A stretch of DNA of 57,625 bases from an uncultured bacterium (GCA_965372515.1 CBDVCO010000002.1:1-57625), one strand, 5' to 3'. Shown: positions 45,607-55,580, counted from the first letter of the stretch. The notes: generated by a model from the letters alone, not told the origin. Translations and numbers: made by a program.

Positions 45607-47025
45607 CTAAGCGTCATAAAGCGCTTTGCCCATGAAAAGACGGGCGATTGCCCAGTCTATAAAGAGGACGACTATGACAAAGAAGCCCAAGGAGGCCAGA
45701 TAGAGCCGGTGTTCGAATATTACGTCCATAATGGGTATAAAGCTCGAAGTCGGTGAGAGCACGATAAAGAACCAGAGTATAAAGTACGAGGCTATACGCC
45801 CCCGCCCGCCCGCTCCCGCTCCCCTGGCCCCTTTGTCCACCGCATTTGCCCCCTCACCTCTAGCCGCCCGAAAGGCGCTCCGCTTGAAGAAAAAGAAGGC
45901 AACGGCTAAGATAGCGATAATGATAAGGAGCGAGACGATCGGCGGAGGTATGGCGTAAATGAGCCTTGTGCCCTCCCTGACATCAGGCGTGGCGAATAAC
46001 GACCCTGAGATCGGGAAGTCGTAATCGATGGTCTGGTTCATTGGCAGGGCGAGAAGGACCATATAATAGGTAACTACATTTAACTCCGTCAAGAAATAGT
46101 GCTTTGGGCTAAGCCCCTCAACGCCGAATCCGGCGGTAGGTATCTGCTTAGGTTCTTTAACTTCTATCTTCTTTGCTCCGGCTTGTGGTTTCGTTACCGC
46201 TCTTTGAGAGTGGTCGGAGGTAGCCTTCGCCTTTACCGGCGCCTCTTCTTTTGCCTCCATGCCGCTTAGACCGCCAAGCGCGCTCACGGTCGTAACGGCA
46301 AAAAATATCAGGAGTATTGCCATTACCGCGTGTAGCGGCCACCTTTTAAGCCAGCCACCTGCCCCAATCTCTCCTCTACCACCCGCAAAATATAGGTCGA
46401 AGAGCAGGATCAGGGCCGGAAGTGTTACGGCAATCTCCTTTGAATAAAAGGCAAGCAGATAACATATTGGTACTACCGCATAGAGGAGCACCCTCTTGAT
46501 CTGTACGCTGGACCTCAGGGCGAGGATAAAAAATATTAAAGCCAGGAGGCAAAAGAGGGCGGACAAGCTCTCCTGGCGCTGGGTGATATAGGTGACGGCC
46601 TGGGTCTGGACCGGATGGGCGGCAAAGAGAAGCGCGCTAAAGAGCGCTATACGCCTCGCCCTCTCCTTCAGACCGGGGATAACGGGAATTGCAAGAAATA
46701 GCATAAAATAGACGAGTATGGAGTTTATGGCATGTATGGAGATATTTACGATATGATAGCCCCTTACATCCATCCCCCCGAAGGCGTAATTAAGGGCAAA
46801 GGTCGCGCCCGTCACCCCCCTTTTCTGAGTAGTAAGTATGGAGAAAAGATTATCGAGGCTTCTTAATGCCCGGTTGCCTGTAACCTGCTTAAAGTCGTCG
46901 AGGTGAAAGGTAGAGTCAAGCGTATTCGAGTAGATCGCGGCCACAACCGCCGCAATGAAGAGAGAGGCCAGAATATGGGTGAGATAACCGGGGTAGGCTG
47001 CTTCGCTCGACCCATGTGAACGCAT
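45607..47025 (-). CDS. GT-C fold membrane glycosyltransferase (PMT_2 / TMTC-like, no TPR tail)
   Basis: 472 aa. The first-loop motif FHLDDFKQVTGN is followed by GYHIVNISIHAINSILVYF, typical of bacterial PMT_2-type proteins. It has many TM helices plus a charged Lys/Ala/Glu-rich loop. Confidence 0.55.
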   Translation of the reverse strand: MRSHGSSEAAYPGYLTHILASLFIAAVVAAIYSNTLDSTFHLDDFKQVTGNRALRSLDNLFSILTTQKRGVTGATFALNYAFGGMDVRGYHIVNISIHAINSILVYFMLFLAIPVIPGLKERARRIALFSALLFAAHPVQTQAVTYITQRQESLSALFCLLALIFFILALRSSVQIKRVLLYAVVPICYLLAFYSKEIAVTLPALILLFDLYFAGGRGEIGAGGWLKRWPLHAVMAILLIFFAVTTVSALGGLSGMEAKEEAPVKAKATSDHSQRAVTKPQAGAKKIEVKEPKQIPTAGFGVEGLSPKHYFLTELNVVTYYMVLLALPMNQTIDYDFPISGSLFATPDVREGTRLIYAIPPPIVSLLIIIAILAVAFFFFKRSAFRAARGEGANAVDKGARGAGAGGRGRIASYFILWFFIVLSPTSSFIPIMDVIFEHRLYLASLGFFVIVVLFIDWAIARLFMGKALYDA

Positions 47026-47031
47026 ATCCGC

Positions 47032-47439
47032 TTAGCCCTTCTCAGACGGCTTTCGAGCCTTTGCCCTCTCAGGGGGCTTCCTGTCCGCTTGCGCCATAGT
47101 TTCTAACGCCTCTATTTTATCCTTTAGCATGGCGAGTTCCTGGATAAGGGCCTTGTTCTTATCATGAAATATGGAGATAACCACGGAGAAGTGCAAGAGG
47201 ATCAGAAGGACGAATATAAAGGCGACAAAGAAGAGAAGCGAAGGCGCGTAGGCCACGCCCACAAAGATGGCCAGCTTGTCGAGAAGGCTCTTCCAGACAG
47301 AGAGGGTCGTCACGACAATTGAGAGCGATATCCACAGGACTGCGTACTTCTCCTTTAAGAGGTTACGCCTTATAAAGTCGATGACAAATATAAAGAGGAT
47401 GAGACTCCCCAGAACCGCTATTATCTGCACGATCTGCAT
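47032..47439 (-). CDS. DUF2304-family small membrane protein
   Basis: 135 aa. MQIVQIIAVLGSLILFIFVIDFIRRNLLKEKYAVLWI...HFSVVISIF and a C-terminal coiled segment match the DUF2304 pattern. It sits in the usual position next to a GT2 gene. Confidence 0.7.
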   Translation of the reverse strand: MQIVQIIAVLGSLILFIFVIDFIRRNLLKEKYAVLWISLSIVVTTLSVWKSLLDKLAIFVGVAYAPSLLFFVAFIFVLLILLHFSVVISIFHDKNKALIQELAMLKDKIEALETMAQADRKPPERAKARKPSEKG

Positions 47440-47461
47440 ATAAAGAACCTTCCCTTACAGG

Positions 47462-48178
47462 CTACTTCTCGACCCGCCTCAAGAGCTCCACAAAGATAGC
47501 AAGGAGCACCTTTATCATATAATAGGCCGAACGCAGCGGCGTTATGGAAGAGCTCCCGCCCATCCTCTCCACCATGGTAACCGGTATTTCTACAATTTTA
47601 AACCCCTTCTTATGCAGCAACACCAGTACCTCGACCTCCGGGTAATCGTCGGGGTAGTTTGAGCAGTAAAACTCTATGACGGCCCTGTTAACGGCCCTGA
47701 AACCGGATGTGGTATCGGTGACCTTCTCTCTTACTATGGCGCTTACCACCTTTGAAAATATAGCGATGCCGGCCCATCTAGACACTGACGGCTTGTAGTC
47801 GCCTCTGCCCAAAAAACGGGAGCCGACTACGACATCGGCCGTTTTATCGATCAAGGGCTGGATAAGCTCCCCTATCTCGTGGGCGGGGTGCTGGCCGTCA
47901 CCGTCAAACTGCACCGCTATCTCATAGCCGTTTGCCCAGGCGTACTTATAGCCTGTCTGCATGGTAGCGCCTATGCCGAGGTTGAACCTCTGGCAGAGCA
48001 CCTTTACGCCCTCCCCCCTGGCTATCTCTATGGTAGCGTCATTGCTCCCGTCGTCCACGACCACGATATCGGCTTCAGGGGCCTCTTTCATTACCGACTT
48101 GATAACGCCGGCTATACACGACGCCTCATTGTAGGCCGGTATGATGACGATCGCCTTATTCATCGATGAAGAGCTCAA
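47462..48178 (-). CDS. GT2 glycosyltransferase, polyprenyl-phosphate sugar synthase type (DPM1/ArnC/GtrB-like)
   Basis: IVIIPAYNEA...VVVDDGSNDAT matches the GT-A DxD region. The length is 238 aa with no TM domain. The TTG start at 48178 is preceded by GGAGGGAGGG; ATG 48163 is an alternative. Confidence 0.9.
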   Translation of the reverse strand: MSSSSMNKAIVIIPAYNEASCIAGVIKSVMKEAPEADIVVVDDGSNDATIEIARGEGVKVLCQRFNLGIGATMQTGYKYAWANGYEIAVQFDGDGQHPAHEIGELIQPLIDKTADVVVGSRFLGRGDYKPSVSRWAGIAIFSKVVSAIVREKVTDTTSGFRAVNRAVIEFYCSNYPDDYPEVEVLVLLHKKGFKIVEIPVTMVERMGGSSSITPLRSAYYMIKVLLAIFVELLRRVEK

Positions 48179-48246
48179 AAGACCCTCCCTCCGTGTGGGT
48201 CACAGGCGCTTACAAGTTGCCTGGAAACTCATATATTCAACCTTAT

Positions 48247-48333
48247 TGGTGCCGAAGGGGGGAGTCGAACCCCCACAGGTTTTCACCCACTAGAACCTGA
48301 ATCTAGCGCGTCTACCAATTCCGCCACTTCGGC
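48247..48333 (-). tRNA. tRNA-Leu (anticodon CAG)
   Basis: 87 nt. Acceptor stem GCCGAAG/CTTCGGC, anticodon stem CTAGA/TCTAG with loop TTCAGGT, and a long variable arm. CCA is encoded. Confidence 0.95.
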
Positions 48334-48498
48334 ATGGGAATAAATCTTTTTCTATTGCAAATGATTGTAAATCGGGCTATATTCAATCGAAATCTCATTG
48401 TTAAAAACGACTAGATTTGATAATTCATCAATAAAAAATATTCGCACACTAACTTTCTTTAGTCAATATATATTTATAGACTGAAAGGGACTTAAACC

Positions 48499-49143
48499 AT
48501 GAAATTCTTTATAGATACGGCCAACATAGAGGAAATAAAAACCGCCCGCGACTGGGGGCTTTTAGACGGTGTGACCACGAACCCGACGCTGGTATCAAGA
48601 GAGGGCCGCCCCTTTGATGAAGTAATAAATGAGATATGCGAGGCGGTCGACGTGCCGATAAGCGCCGAGGCGGTTAGCCACACGGCTGAAGACCTCATAG
48701 CCGAGGCAAAGAAACTCGCGAAGATACATAAAAACATAGTCGTAAAGATCCCGATGACCATGGAGGGCATGAAGGCCGTAAAGGCCGTGAGTGCAGAGGG
48801 CATACATACGAACGTGACCCTTGTGTTCTCTCCCCTGCAGGCGCTTCTGGCCGCAAAGGCCGGGGCCACATATGTGAGCCCCTTTGTCGGAAGGCTCGAC
48901 GACATCGCGAGCGACGGCATGGAACTCGTCCACCAGATACTCGCCATATTCGAGAACTACGACATGAAGGCCGAGGTAATCGTGGCGAGCGTGAGGAGCC
49001 CCATGCACGTCTTCGACGCCGCCATGGGCGGGGCCCATATCGCGACCATCCCGTTTAAGGTCTTAAGCCAGCTCTCAAAGCACCCGCTTACCGACATAGG
49101 GATCGAAAACTTCCTGAAGGACTGGGAAAAGGTCCCGAAATAG
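48499..49143 (+). CDS. tal: Short-type transaldolase / fructose-6-phosphate aldolase family
   Basis: [22 protein letters not shown], with a Schiff-base Lys context of VVKIP. 214 aa. Confidence 0.95.
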   Translation: MKFFIDTANIEEIKTARDWGLLDGVTTNPTLVSREGRPFDEVINEICEAVDVPISAEAVSHTAEDLIAEAKKLAKIHKNIVVKIPMTMEGMKAVKAVSAEGIHTNVTLVFSPLQALLAAKAGATYVSPFVGRLDDIASDGMELVHQILAIFENYDMKAEVIVASVRSPMHVFDAAMGGAHIATIPFKVLSQLSKHPLTDIGIENFLKDWEKVPK

Positions 49144-49278
49144 AAGGCTTTTTATCCTGACCGCACACCCCTTGCCATCCTTGAAAGAGCCTCAATACAG
49201 GCCGAAAAAGAGCCCTTGATCCATCAATATGGTGCGTATAATCGACAGTTACCGGCAAAAACCAAAAGGAGACTCTAT

Positions 49279-50706
49279 ATGAAGCCCTTGATACTGGCCC
49301 TTATTTTGACATTATCCATTGCTACTTACTCCAATGCTGAAACCAGAGCAAAAGTCAGCACCTCTAAAGAGCGTGTGGCCCTGGAGGTCATCGTCTACAA
49401 TAATTACAGGGGGCAGGTCAAGGATACCCGTGTTGTAGGACTTGCCAGAGGGGGCGGAGAGATCAGCTTCGTAGACGTTGCGGCACATATAATTCCCCCG
49501 AGCGTCAACGTCACCTCCCTCGAGGGCCGGGGCGGCTTCAAGATCCTTGAGCAAAGCTTTGCCTATGACCTTTCAGAGCAGAAGACGCTCATGGACCGCT
49601 ACATAGGGCACGAGGTAAAGCTCATCGAGTGGAACGAGTACCAGGACATACGCGTTGAAACCAAGGCGACACTGCTATCTAACGAATACGGGCCGATCTA
49701 CAGGATAAAAGGCGAGATACACCTGGCCCATCCCGGACGCGTAGTGCTCCCCGAGAGTGTAGCTTTGACCCTGAAGCCGACCCTTACGTGGACATATGGG
49801 AAGGGCGGCAGGATGAAAGAGACGCTCCTGACCTCGTACCTTACCAGCGGGCTTAACTGGGTAGCCGACTACACACTGGCCGTAAGCTCAGATGAGAAGA
49901 AGGGCTCGATATCGGCCTGGGCCAGCGTAAGTAACTATAGCGGAGCCACTTACAACGATGCAGAACTCACACTTGTTGCCGGGGATGTCGCCGTCACAGA
50001 GGGCTCTCTCTATGAGATGCAATTTTCAGACGTGGTCAGAAAGCGCGCATATGCGCCTGAACCCGGCGTCTCTGCCGGGCCTCTGTTCGAGTACCATGCC
50101 TATGAGATCAAGGGAGAGACCACGCTTAAGGACAAGGAATCGAAACAGCTCTCGCTCCTGAGCGCGGACGGGATAGGCATTAAAAAGGCATATACAGTCA
50201 GAAACACGGCCGATAGATACCAGCCCCTGAGAAGCGGCGCTAAGAGGGATGAGAAGGTCGAGATATCATTCAAAATAAAGAACACAACCAAGAACGGACT
50301 GGGCATGGCTCTTCCAGCGGGGACAATGCGCATCTACAAAGAGGAAGGTGACAGCTCAAGCTTTATAGGCGAAGAGATGATAGGCCATACCCCTGTAGGC
50401 GACACACTTGAGATAAAGGCCGGGAGCGCCTTCGACATACAGGCCAAGCGGACATATAAAGATTTCAAGAAGCTTTCCTCGTGGCTCACCGAATCGACCT
50501 GGGAAGTCACCATAGAGAACCGTAAAGAGGAAGAGGTGACCGTCTCAGTACTTGAGAGCGTCTTCGACATTAACAAGAGCTTTCGTGTGCTTGAAAGCTC
50601 TGAAAAGTATACACTGCCCGACGCCTCCACCATAAAGTTCGACGTAACCATACCCAAGGGCTCAAAGAAAACCATTACCTACAAGATAGAGCAGGACAGC
50701 AGGTAG
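49279..50706 (+). CDS. Secreted DUF4139-family protein
   Basis: Start is taken at ATG 49279 (AAAGGAG 8 nt upstream), giving the signal peptide MKPLILALILTLSIATYSNA. Body segments (VIVYNNYRGQVKDTR, LTSGLNWVADYTL, ELTLVAGDV) resemble DUF4139. Confidence 0.65.
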   Translation: MKPLILALILTLSIATYSNAETRAKVSTSKERVALEVIVYNNYRGQVKDTRVVGLARGGGEISFVDVAAHIIPPSVNVTSLEGRGGFKILEQSFAYDLSEQKTLMDRYIGHEVKLIEWNEYQDIRVETKATLLSNEYGPIYRIKGEIHLAHPGRVVLPESVALTLKPTLTWTYGKGGRMKETLLTSYLTSGLNWVADYTLAVSSDEKKGSISAWASVSNYSGATYNDAELTLVAGDVAVTEGSLYEMQFSDVVRKRAYAPEPGVSAGPLFEYHAYEIKGETTLKDKESKQLSLLSADGIGIKKAYTVRNTADRYQPLRSGAKRDEKVEISFKIKNTTKNGLGMALPAGTMRIYKEEGDSSSFIGEEMIGHTPVGDTLEIKAGSAFDIQAKRTYKDFKKLSSWLTESTWEVTIENRKEEEVTVSVLESVFDINKSFRVLESSEKYTLPDASTIKFDVTIPKGSKKTITYKIEQDSR

Positions 50707-50751
50707 GGCGGCCTCTCTATTTAAAGCTTAAGCGCCAGAATAAGGATCACT

Positions 50752-52947
50752 GTGCCAAGATCAAGAGAAGAGATAAGAAGGTTTATGGGTGAGGAGGCCT
50801 CAAGGCCCGTCTCCTTTAAGGAACTCACCCGTATGCTCAATATTGCCAAGCCCGAGCGCGAGGGGTTCAAGAGCCTTCTAAAAGAGATGGTCGCCGACGG
50901 GAGCCTCATAAAGATCAGGGGAAACCGCTACGGGATACCCTCCAAGATGAACCTCGTGACCGGCCTCTTTGAGGCCCACCCGAGCGGCTTCGGCTTCGTC
51001 ACCCCCGAGGGCAGCGAGAGGAAGGGCGCTGACGACCTCTTTATAGGACGAAACAAAAAACGCGGCGCCATGCACGGCGACCGTGTGGTAGCCCGCATTG
51101 AAGGTGTCTCAAGAGAGGGGAAAAAAGAAGGAACGATAGTACGCGTTCTTGAGCGGGCAAACAGGAGCGTTGTCGGAGAATTCGTTAAACTAAAGGGCGT
51201 GTCGATCGTAAGGCCATCAGAAAAGCGGCTGACTGACGAGATAATAATCCCGCCGCGCTTAAGCCTGGGCGCCCGCACAGGCGATATAGTCGTAGCTGAG
51301 GTTACCAAATGGCCCTCCAGGGAGAACGCGCCCACAGGCAGGGTCACTGAGCTCCTCGGCGCCCAGGACGACCCGGACGTTGAGATCGACATACTCGTTA
51401 GAAAGTACTCTCTCTCCATGGGCTTCCCGGCTTCCGTTGAAAAAGAGGCGGAGCGGATCGCGCTTGAAGTAGACGAGAGCGAGCTCGCCGGCCGCACGGA
51501 CCTCCGCGATAGACAGATAGTTACTATCGACGGCGAGACGGCGAAGGATTTCGACGACGCCGTGGGAATAGAGAAGACCAGGGACGGCTATACGCTTCTC
51601 GTTTCCATTGCCGACGTGAGCCACTATGTCCGGGAAGGTTCATTGCTGGACTCTGAGGCCTTTAAGCGCTCCACAAGCGTTTACTTCCCGGATCGCTGTA
51701 TCCCCATGCTCCCAGAGCGGCTCTCAAACGGTATATGCTCGCTTAAACCGAAGGTCGACCGCCTGACTATGACGGCCGAGCTGGAATTCGACCTCAAGGG
51801 GAATCTAAAAAAGAAGCGGATCTATAAGAGCGTAATAAAGAGCTACAGAAGGCTCACCTACACCGAAGTGCGCGATATTCTCGCTGGCAAACTAAATGCC
51901 AACGACCCGGCTTTGGAAAAAGCTCTCCGCCTGATGGAGGACTTAAGCAGGCTTCTTAACGAGAGGCGCTTTGAGGAGGGCTCAATAGATTTCGACCTGC
52001 CTGAGCCGCAGATCATAATCGACATCGAAGGACGGATCGAGGATATAGTTCGCTCAGAAAGGAATATCGCGCACCGCCTCATAGAAGAGTTCATGCTCGC
52101 GGCCAACAGGGCCGTTGCCGACGAATTCTACTCAAAAGAACTCCCGCAACTCTACCGCATACACGCCAAGCCAGATATAGAGCGCATAAACGCCTTTAGC
52201 GAATTTGTCGCTGGCTTCGGCTACCACGTTAAGCAGGTAAAAGACCCCTCGCTCATAACCCCCAAGATGCTGCAAAAGATCCTTAAAGGATGCGAGGGCA
52301 AGAGTGAAGAAAAACTCATAAACCACGTTCTCTTAAGGAGCATGAAGCGCGCGGAATATAGCCCGGAGAATTCCGGCCACTTCGGCCTCGCCTTCAAGGA
52401 CTACACGCACTTCACCTCGCCGATAAGGAGATACCCCGACCTGGTGGTGCACAGGCTCACAAAACTCCTTATCGAGGGTATATACTCAAAGGCGGAGCAG
52501 AAAAGGGTCGCCCCGGGCCTTCCCGAGATCGCCCGGCAGACCTCAACGCTTGAAAGAAACGCCATGGAGGCCGAAAGGGAGATAGTCGACCTGAAGAAGG
52601 CCCAGTTCATGAAGGCCAAGGTCGGAGAGAGCTTCGAGGGATTTGTTTCCGGGGTAACCGGCTTCGGCGTATTTGTGGAACTAAAGGAGTACTTTGTCGA
52701 GGGGCTCGTCCATATCTCGAACCTGACTGACGACTACTACATATTCGACGAGCCGCGCCATCGCCTTATAGGTGAGAGCACCAATAAAGGCTTTAGCGTA
52801 GGTGACGATATAACTGTTATAATCGAAGGCGTTGATATCGCAAAGAGACAGATCGACATGAAGATCGCCAAAGAAGACAATGAAAAGAAAAGAGCGCCCG
52901 AGATGAGACGGCGCAAAAAAAGATCAAAGAAGGGCTTTCGCAAATGA
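50752..52947 (+). CDS. rnr: Ribonuclease R
   Basis: 731 aa. Cold-shock/OB N-domains, an RNB core (TIDGETAKDFDDAV, HFTSPIRRYPDL), an S1 domain and a Lys/Arg-rich tail are present. GTG start with AAGGA upstream. Confidence 0.95.
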   Translation: MPRSREEIRRFMGEEASRPVSFKELTRMLNIAKPEREGFKSLLKEMVADGSLIKIRGNRYGIPSKMNLVTGLFEAHPSGFGFVTPEGSERKGADDLFIGRNKKRGAMHGDRVVARIEGVSREGKKEGTIVRVLERANRSVVGEFVKLKGVSIVRPSEKRLTDEIIIPPRLSLGARTGDIVVAEVTKWPSRENAPTGRVTELLGAQDDPDVEIDILVRKYSLSMGFPASVEKEAERIALEVDESELAGRTDLRDRQIVTIDGETAKDFDDAVGIEKTRDGYTLLVSIADVSHYVREGSLLDSEAFKRSTSVYFPDRCIPMLPERLSNGICSLKPKVDRLTMTAELEFDLKGNLKKKRIYKSVIKSYRRLTYTEVRDILAGKLNANDPALEKALRLMEDLSRLLNERRFEEGSIDFDLPEPQIIIDIEGRIEDIVRSERNIAHRLIEEFMLAANRAVADEFYSKELPQLYRIHAKPDIERINAFSEFVAGFGYHVKQVKDPSLITPKMLQKILKGCEGKSEEKLINHVLLRSMKRAEYSPENSGHFGLAFKDYTHFTSPIRRYPDLVVHRLTKLLIEGIYSKAEQKRVAPGLPEIARQTSTLERNAMEAEREIVDLKKAQFMKAKVGESFEGFVSGVTGFGVFVELKEYFVEGLVHISNLTDDYYIFDEPRHRLIGESTNKGFSVGDDITVIIEGVDIAKRQIDMKIAKEDNEKKRAPEMRRRKKRSKKGFRK

Positions 52948-53855
52948 AGGTCATCAAAGGCAAGGCAAAACAAAAATTTAAAGATACGGTTCTCACACTC
53001 GGCAACTTCGACGGACTCCATCTCGGCCATATAAAAATATTAAAGTTGGTCTCCTCAAGGGCCAGGGCCCTTGGGGCAAAAAGCGTAGTCTACACTTTCG
53101 ACCCCCACCCTTTAAAGGTGGTGGCGCCGGAGAAGAGCCCGCCCCTCATGCTGACCGTTGAGGACAAGGCCCGCCTGGTAGAGGCCTTCGGCATCGACTA
53201 CATGATAGTCGCCGAATTCACCAAGGGGTTCGCGTCAAAGGACCCGCGCGTCTTCGTAAAGGAAGTACTTGTCGACTCATTAAGCGCGAGCGAAGTGATC
53301 GTCGGCCACGACTACGCCTTTGGCAAAGGTAAGCGCGGCACGACAGCTTTCCTAAAGAAACTCGGCGCTGAGTTCGGCTTCAAGGTTACGGTAATCGAAC
53401 CCTTCCGGATGGCGGGCAAGGTGGTCTCAAGCTCCAGGGTGAGGGCCGAGGTCAAAGGCGGAAGGCTAAGGAGTGCGGCAAAACTGCTGGGGCGGGACTT
53501 CTCCATAAGGGGCACTGTGGTTCGCGGTACGGACATCGGACACGCGCTTGGCTTTCCGACCGCCAACATCCGTCCGAAGACCGAACTGATACCAAAGAAG
53601 GGCGTATATGCCGTACGCGCGGAGATTGACGGCAAGACCGTAGACGGTGTAGCCAATATCGGCATTGCTCCGACCTTCGGGGGCAAGGAGCTCTCTATCG
53701 AGATACATCTCCTGGATTTTAAAAAGGAGATCTACGACAAGATTATGACCGTGGCCTTTATAAGGAGACTAAGGGGCGAGAGGACTTTTAAAAATAAAGA
53801 GGCGCTCGCAAGCCAGATCGAGAAGGATATCGCGCGCGCCAGAAGGCTTCTTTAA
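52944..53855 (+). CDS. ribF: Bifunctional riboflavin kinase / FMN adenylyltransferase
   Basis: LTLGNFDGLHLGH, followed by GFPTANI and the kinase domain. ATGA overlap with the rnr stop. Confidence 0.95.
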   Translation: MKVIKGKAKQKFKDTVLTLGNFDGLHLGHIKILKLVSSRARALGAKSVVYTFDPHPLKVVAPEKSPPLMLTVEDKARLVEAFGIDYMIVAEFTKGFASKDPRVFVKEVLVDSLSASEVIVGHDYAFGKGKRGTTAFLKKLGAEFGFKVTVIEPFRMAGKVVSSSRVRAEVKGGRLRSAAKLLGRDFSIRGTVVRGTDIGHALGFPTANIRPKTELIPKKGVYAVRAEIDGKTVDGVANIGIAPTFGGKELSIEIHLLDFKKEIYDKIMTVAFIRRLRGERTFKNKEALASQIEKDIARARRLL

Positions 53856-53885
53856 TAAAATCGGCTTATTTGATACACTAGGATA

Positions 53886-54752
53886 ATGTTTACTTCGAAA
53901 ACAAAGTTAATAGCCATCTTCGGAGATCCTATTGAGCACACGCTCTCGCCCGCGATACAGAACGCGGCGCTCATGGAGCTTGGGCTCGACATGGTCTACA
54001 TGGCGTTCCACGTTCCCCCCGATGGGCTTAAGGGAGCGATAGAGGCCGTGCGCACGCTCGATATGGCAGGCGCGAATATCACCATTCCGCACAAGGAGAG
54101 CGTAATAGAATTCCTCGACGAGCTTTCAGAGGACGCCAAGAGCATCGGCGCTGTCAACACGATCGTCAACAAGGACGGCAGGCTCGTTGGGCATAATACC
54201 GACGGCGCTGGATATCTAAAAAGCCTCACGCTTGAGACGGGCCTTGATTTAAAGGGCAAGAATGTGGTCCTGCTCGGCGCCGGAGGTGCGGCGAGGGGCA
54301 TCGTCTCGGCTATTCTAGGCGCGGGGCCGGCGGCTCTAACCATTGCGAACAGGACTTTAGAGAAGGCAGAGAGGCTCGCCTCGGACTTTAAGGAAAAGGC
54401 CGGGGTGGAAATAAAGTGCTCTCCGATAGAAAAGGAGCCGCTTTTGCCGTACATTCAAGAAGCCGATCTTTTGATAAACTCAACGAGCCTCGGCATGGGC
54501 GCGAAGGTGCCGTTCAATACACTTGTGCTCTCGCTCGACAAGTTGCCGAAAGAGGCCATCGTCTCCGATATCGTCTATAAGCCGCTCGACACGGCGCTCT
54601 TAAAGAGCGCGAGGAGGGAGGGGCTTAAGGTCCACAAGGGGCTCGGGATGCTGATACAACAGGGCGCTATCGGCTTTGAACTCTGGACAGGACACGCGGG
54701 CCCGATAAACGTCATGACAAAGGCCGCCCTCGAAGCGTTAGATATCAAATAA
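53886..54752 (+). CDS. aroE: Shikimate dehydrogenase
   Basis: GDPIEHTLSPAIQN, NITIPHK, NTDGAGY and GAGGAARG motifs are present. Confidence 0.95.
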   Translation: MFTSKTKLIAIFGDPIEHTLSPAIQNAALMELGLDMVYMAFHVPPDGLKGAIEAVRTLDMAGANITIPHKESVIEFLDELSEDAKSIGAVNTIVNKDGRLVGHNTDGAGYLKSLTLETGLDLKGKNVVLLGAGGAARGIVSAILGAGPAALTIANRTLEKAERLASDFKEKAGVEIKCSPIEKEPLLPYIQEADLLINSTSLGMGAKVPFNTLVLSLDKLPKEAIVSDIVYKPLDTALLKSARREGLKVHKGLGMLIQQGAIGFELWTGHAGPINVMTKAALEALDIK

Positions 54753-54780
54753 CCCTAATCCCGGAGTATACCCTCTACAG

Positions 54781-55533
54781 ATGAAGATAGTCTTTATAGC
54801 GGACAGCCACTTAAAGGGACTTGGCGACCCGAACCAGGAAGCGCTCTCTATCTTCCTTGACGGCCTCTTCGGCATAGACAAGCTCATCATACTCGGCGAC
54901 TTCTTCGACCTGTGGATCGGGCTGAACGACGTCGTATATCAACAGTACAAGCCTGTACTTAAAAAGCTCTTCGCCCTTAGCGAGAGCGGGGTGGAGCTTA
55001 TCTACATCGAGGGGAACCACGACTTCCATATGGGGCCGTATTTTACCGAGACCTTAAAAGCCAAAGTCTATCCGGAGTCCTGCGGCCTGATGCTAGACGG
55101 TAAGCGCATCTACATGGCCCACGGCGACACCATAAATATGACAGCCGGTTACGCAATACTCCGCGCAATGCTAAGAGGACCGATCCTGAAATTCTTTAGA
55201 GCGATTATCCCGCCGCCCATGGCGTGGAATATAGGAAAGGCCATGTCAAAGGGAAGCAGAAGCTATGGAAAAGGAAACGAAGAAACCGCGATCATTACGG
55301 AGAAAGCGCATAAGATTTTCGCGAAAAAGATACTCGCCGATGGATTCGACGGGGTGATACTCGGCCACTCGCACGCGGCCGGGGTACACAAGAATATGCT
55401 CGAAGGCTCGCCTGGGTTTTACGCGAACCCTGGCGGCTGGATGAACGACCATACCTTCCTCGTCTATGAGGACGGGGAATTCAGCGTAAAGAACTACATG
55501 GCGCGCTCGGATTCAAAAGGGCCGGAGCAATAG
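54781..55533 (+). CDS. lpxH: UDP-2,3-diacylglucosamine diphosphatase (LpxH-type metallophosphoesterase)
   Basis: FIADSHL, ILGDFFDLWIG, GNHDF and HGDT are collinear with E. coli LpxH as I recall it. Confidence 0.8.
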   Translation: MKIVFIADSHLKGLGDPNQEALSIFLDGLFGIDKLIILGDFFDLWIGLNDVVYQQYKPVLKKLFALSESGVELIYIEGNHDFHMGPYFTETLKAKVYPESCGLMLDGKRIYMAHGDTINMTAGYAILRAMLRGPILKFFRAIIPPPMAWNIGKAMSKGSRSYGKGNEETAIITEKAHKIFAKKILADGFDGVILGHSHAAGVHKNMLEGSPGFYANPGGWMNDHTFLVYEDGEFSVKNYMARSDSKGPEQ

Positions 55534-55543
55534 GACTAAATGA

Positions 55544-55580
55544 CAAAAAAAGGGCGGGGGCCCGAGGCCCCCGCCCTTTA
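55544..55580. terminator. Bidirectional intrinsic terminator between convergent lpxH and the Cld-family gene
   Basis: A perfect 12-bp stem agggcgggggcc / ggcccccgccct (55551..55562 and 55566..55577) carries a 3-nt loop. It is flanked by A7 on one side and TTTA on the other. Confidence 0.75.

Noticed and set aside
48417-48431. TTGATaattcATCAA inverted repeat upstream of tal as a Fur box.
   Set aside because: It matches the 19-bp Fur consensus poorly beyond one GATAAT hexamer. It sits in a generally AT-rich promoter region where such short palindromes arise by chance.
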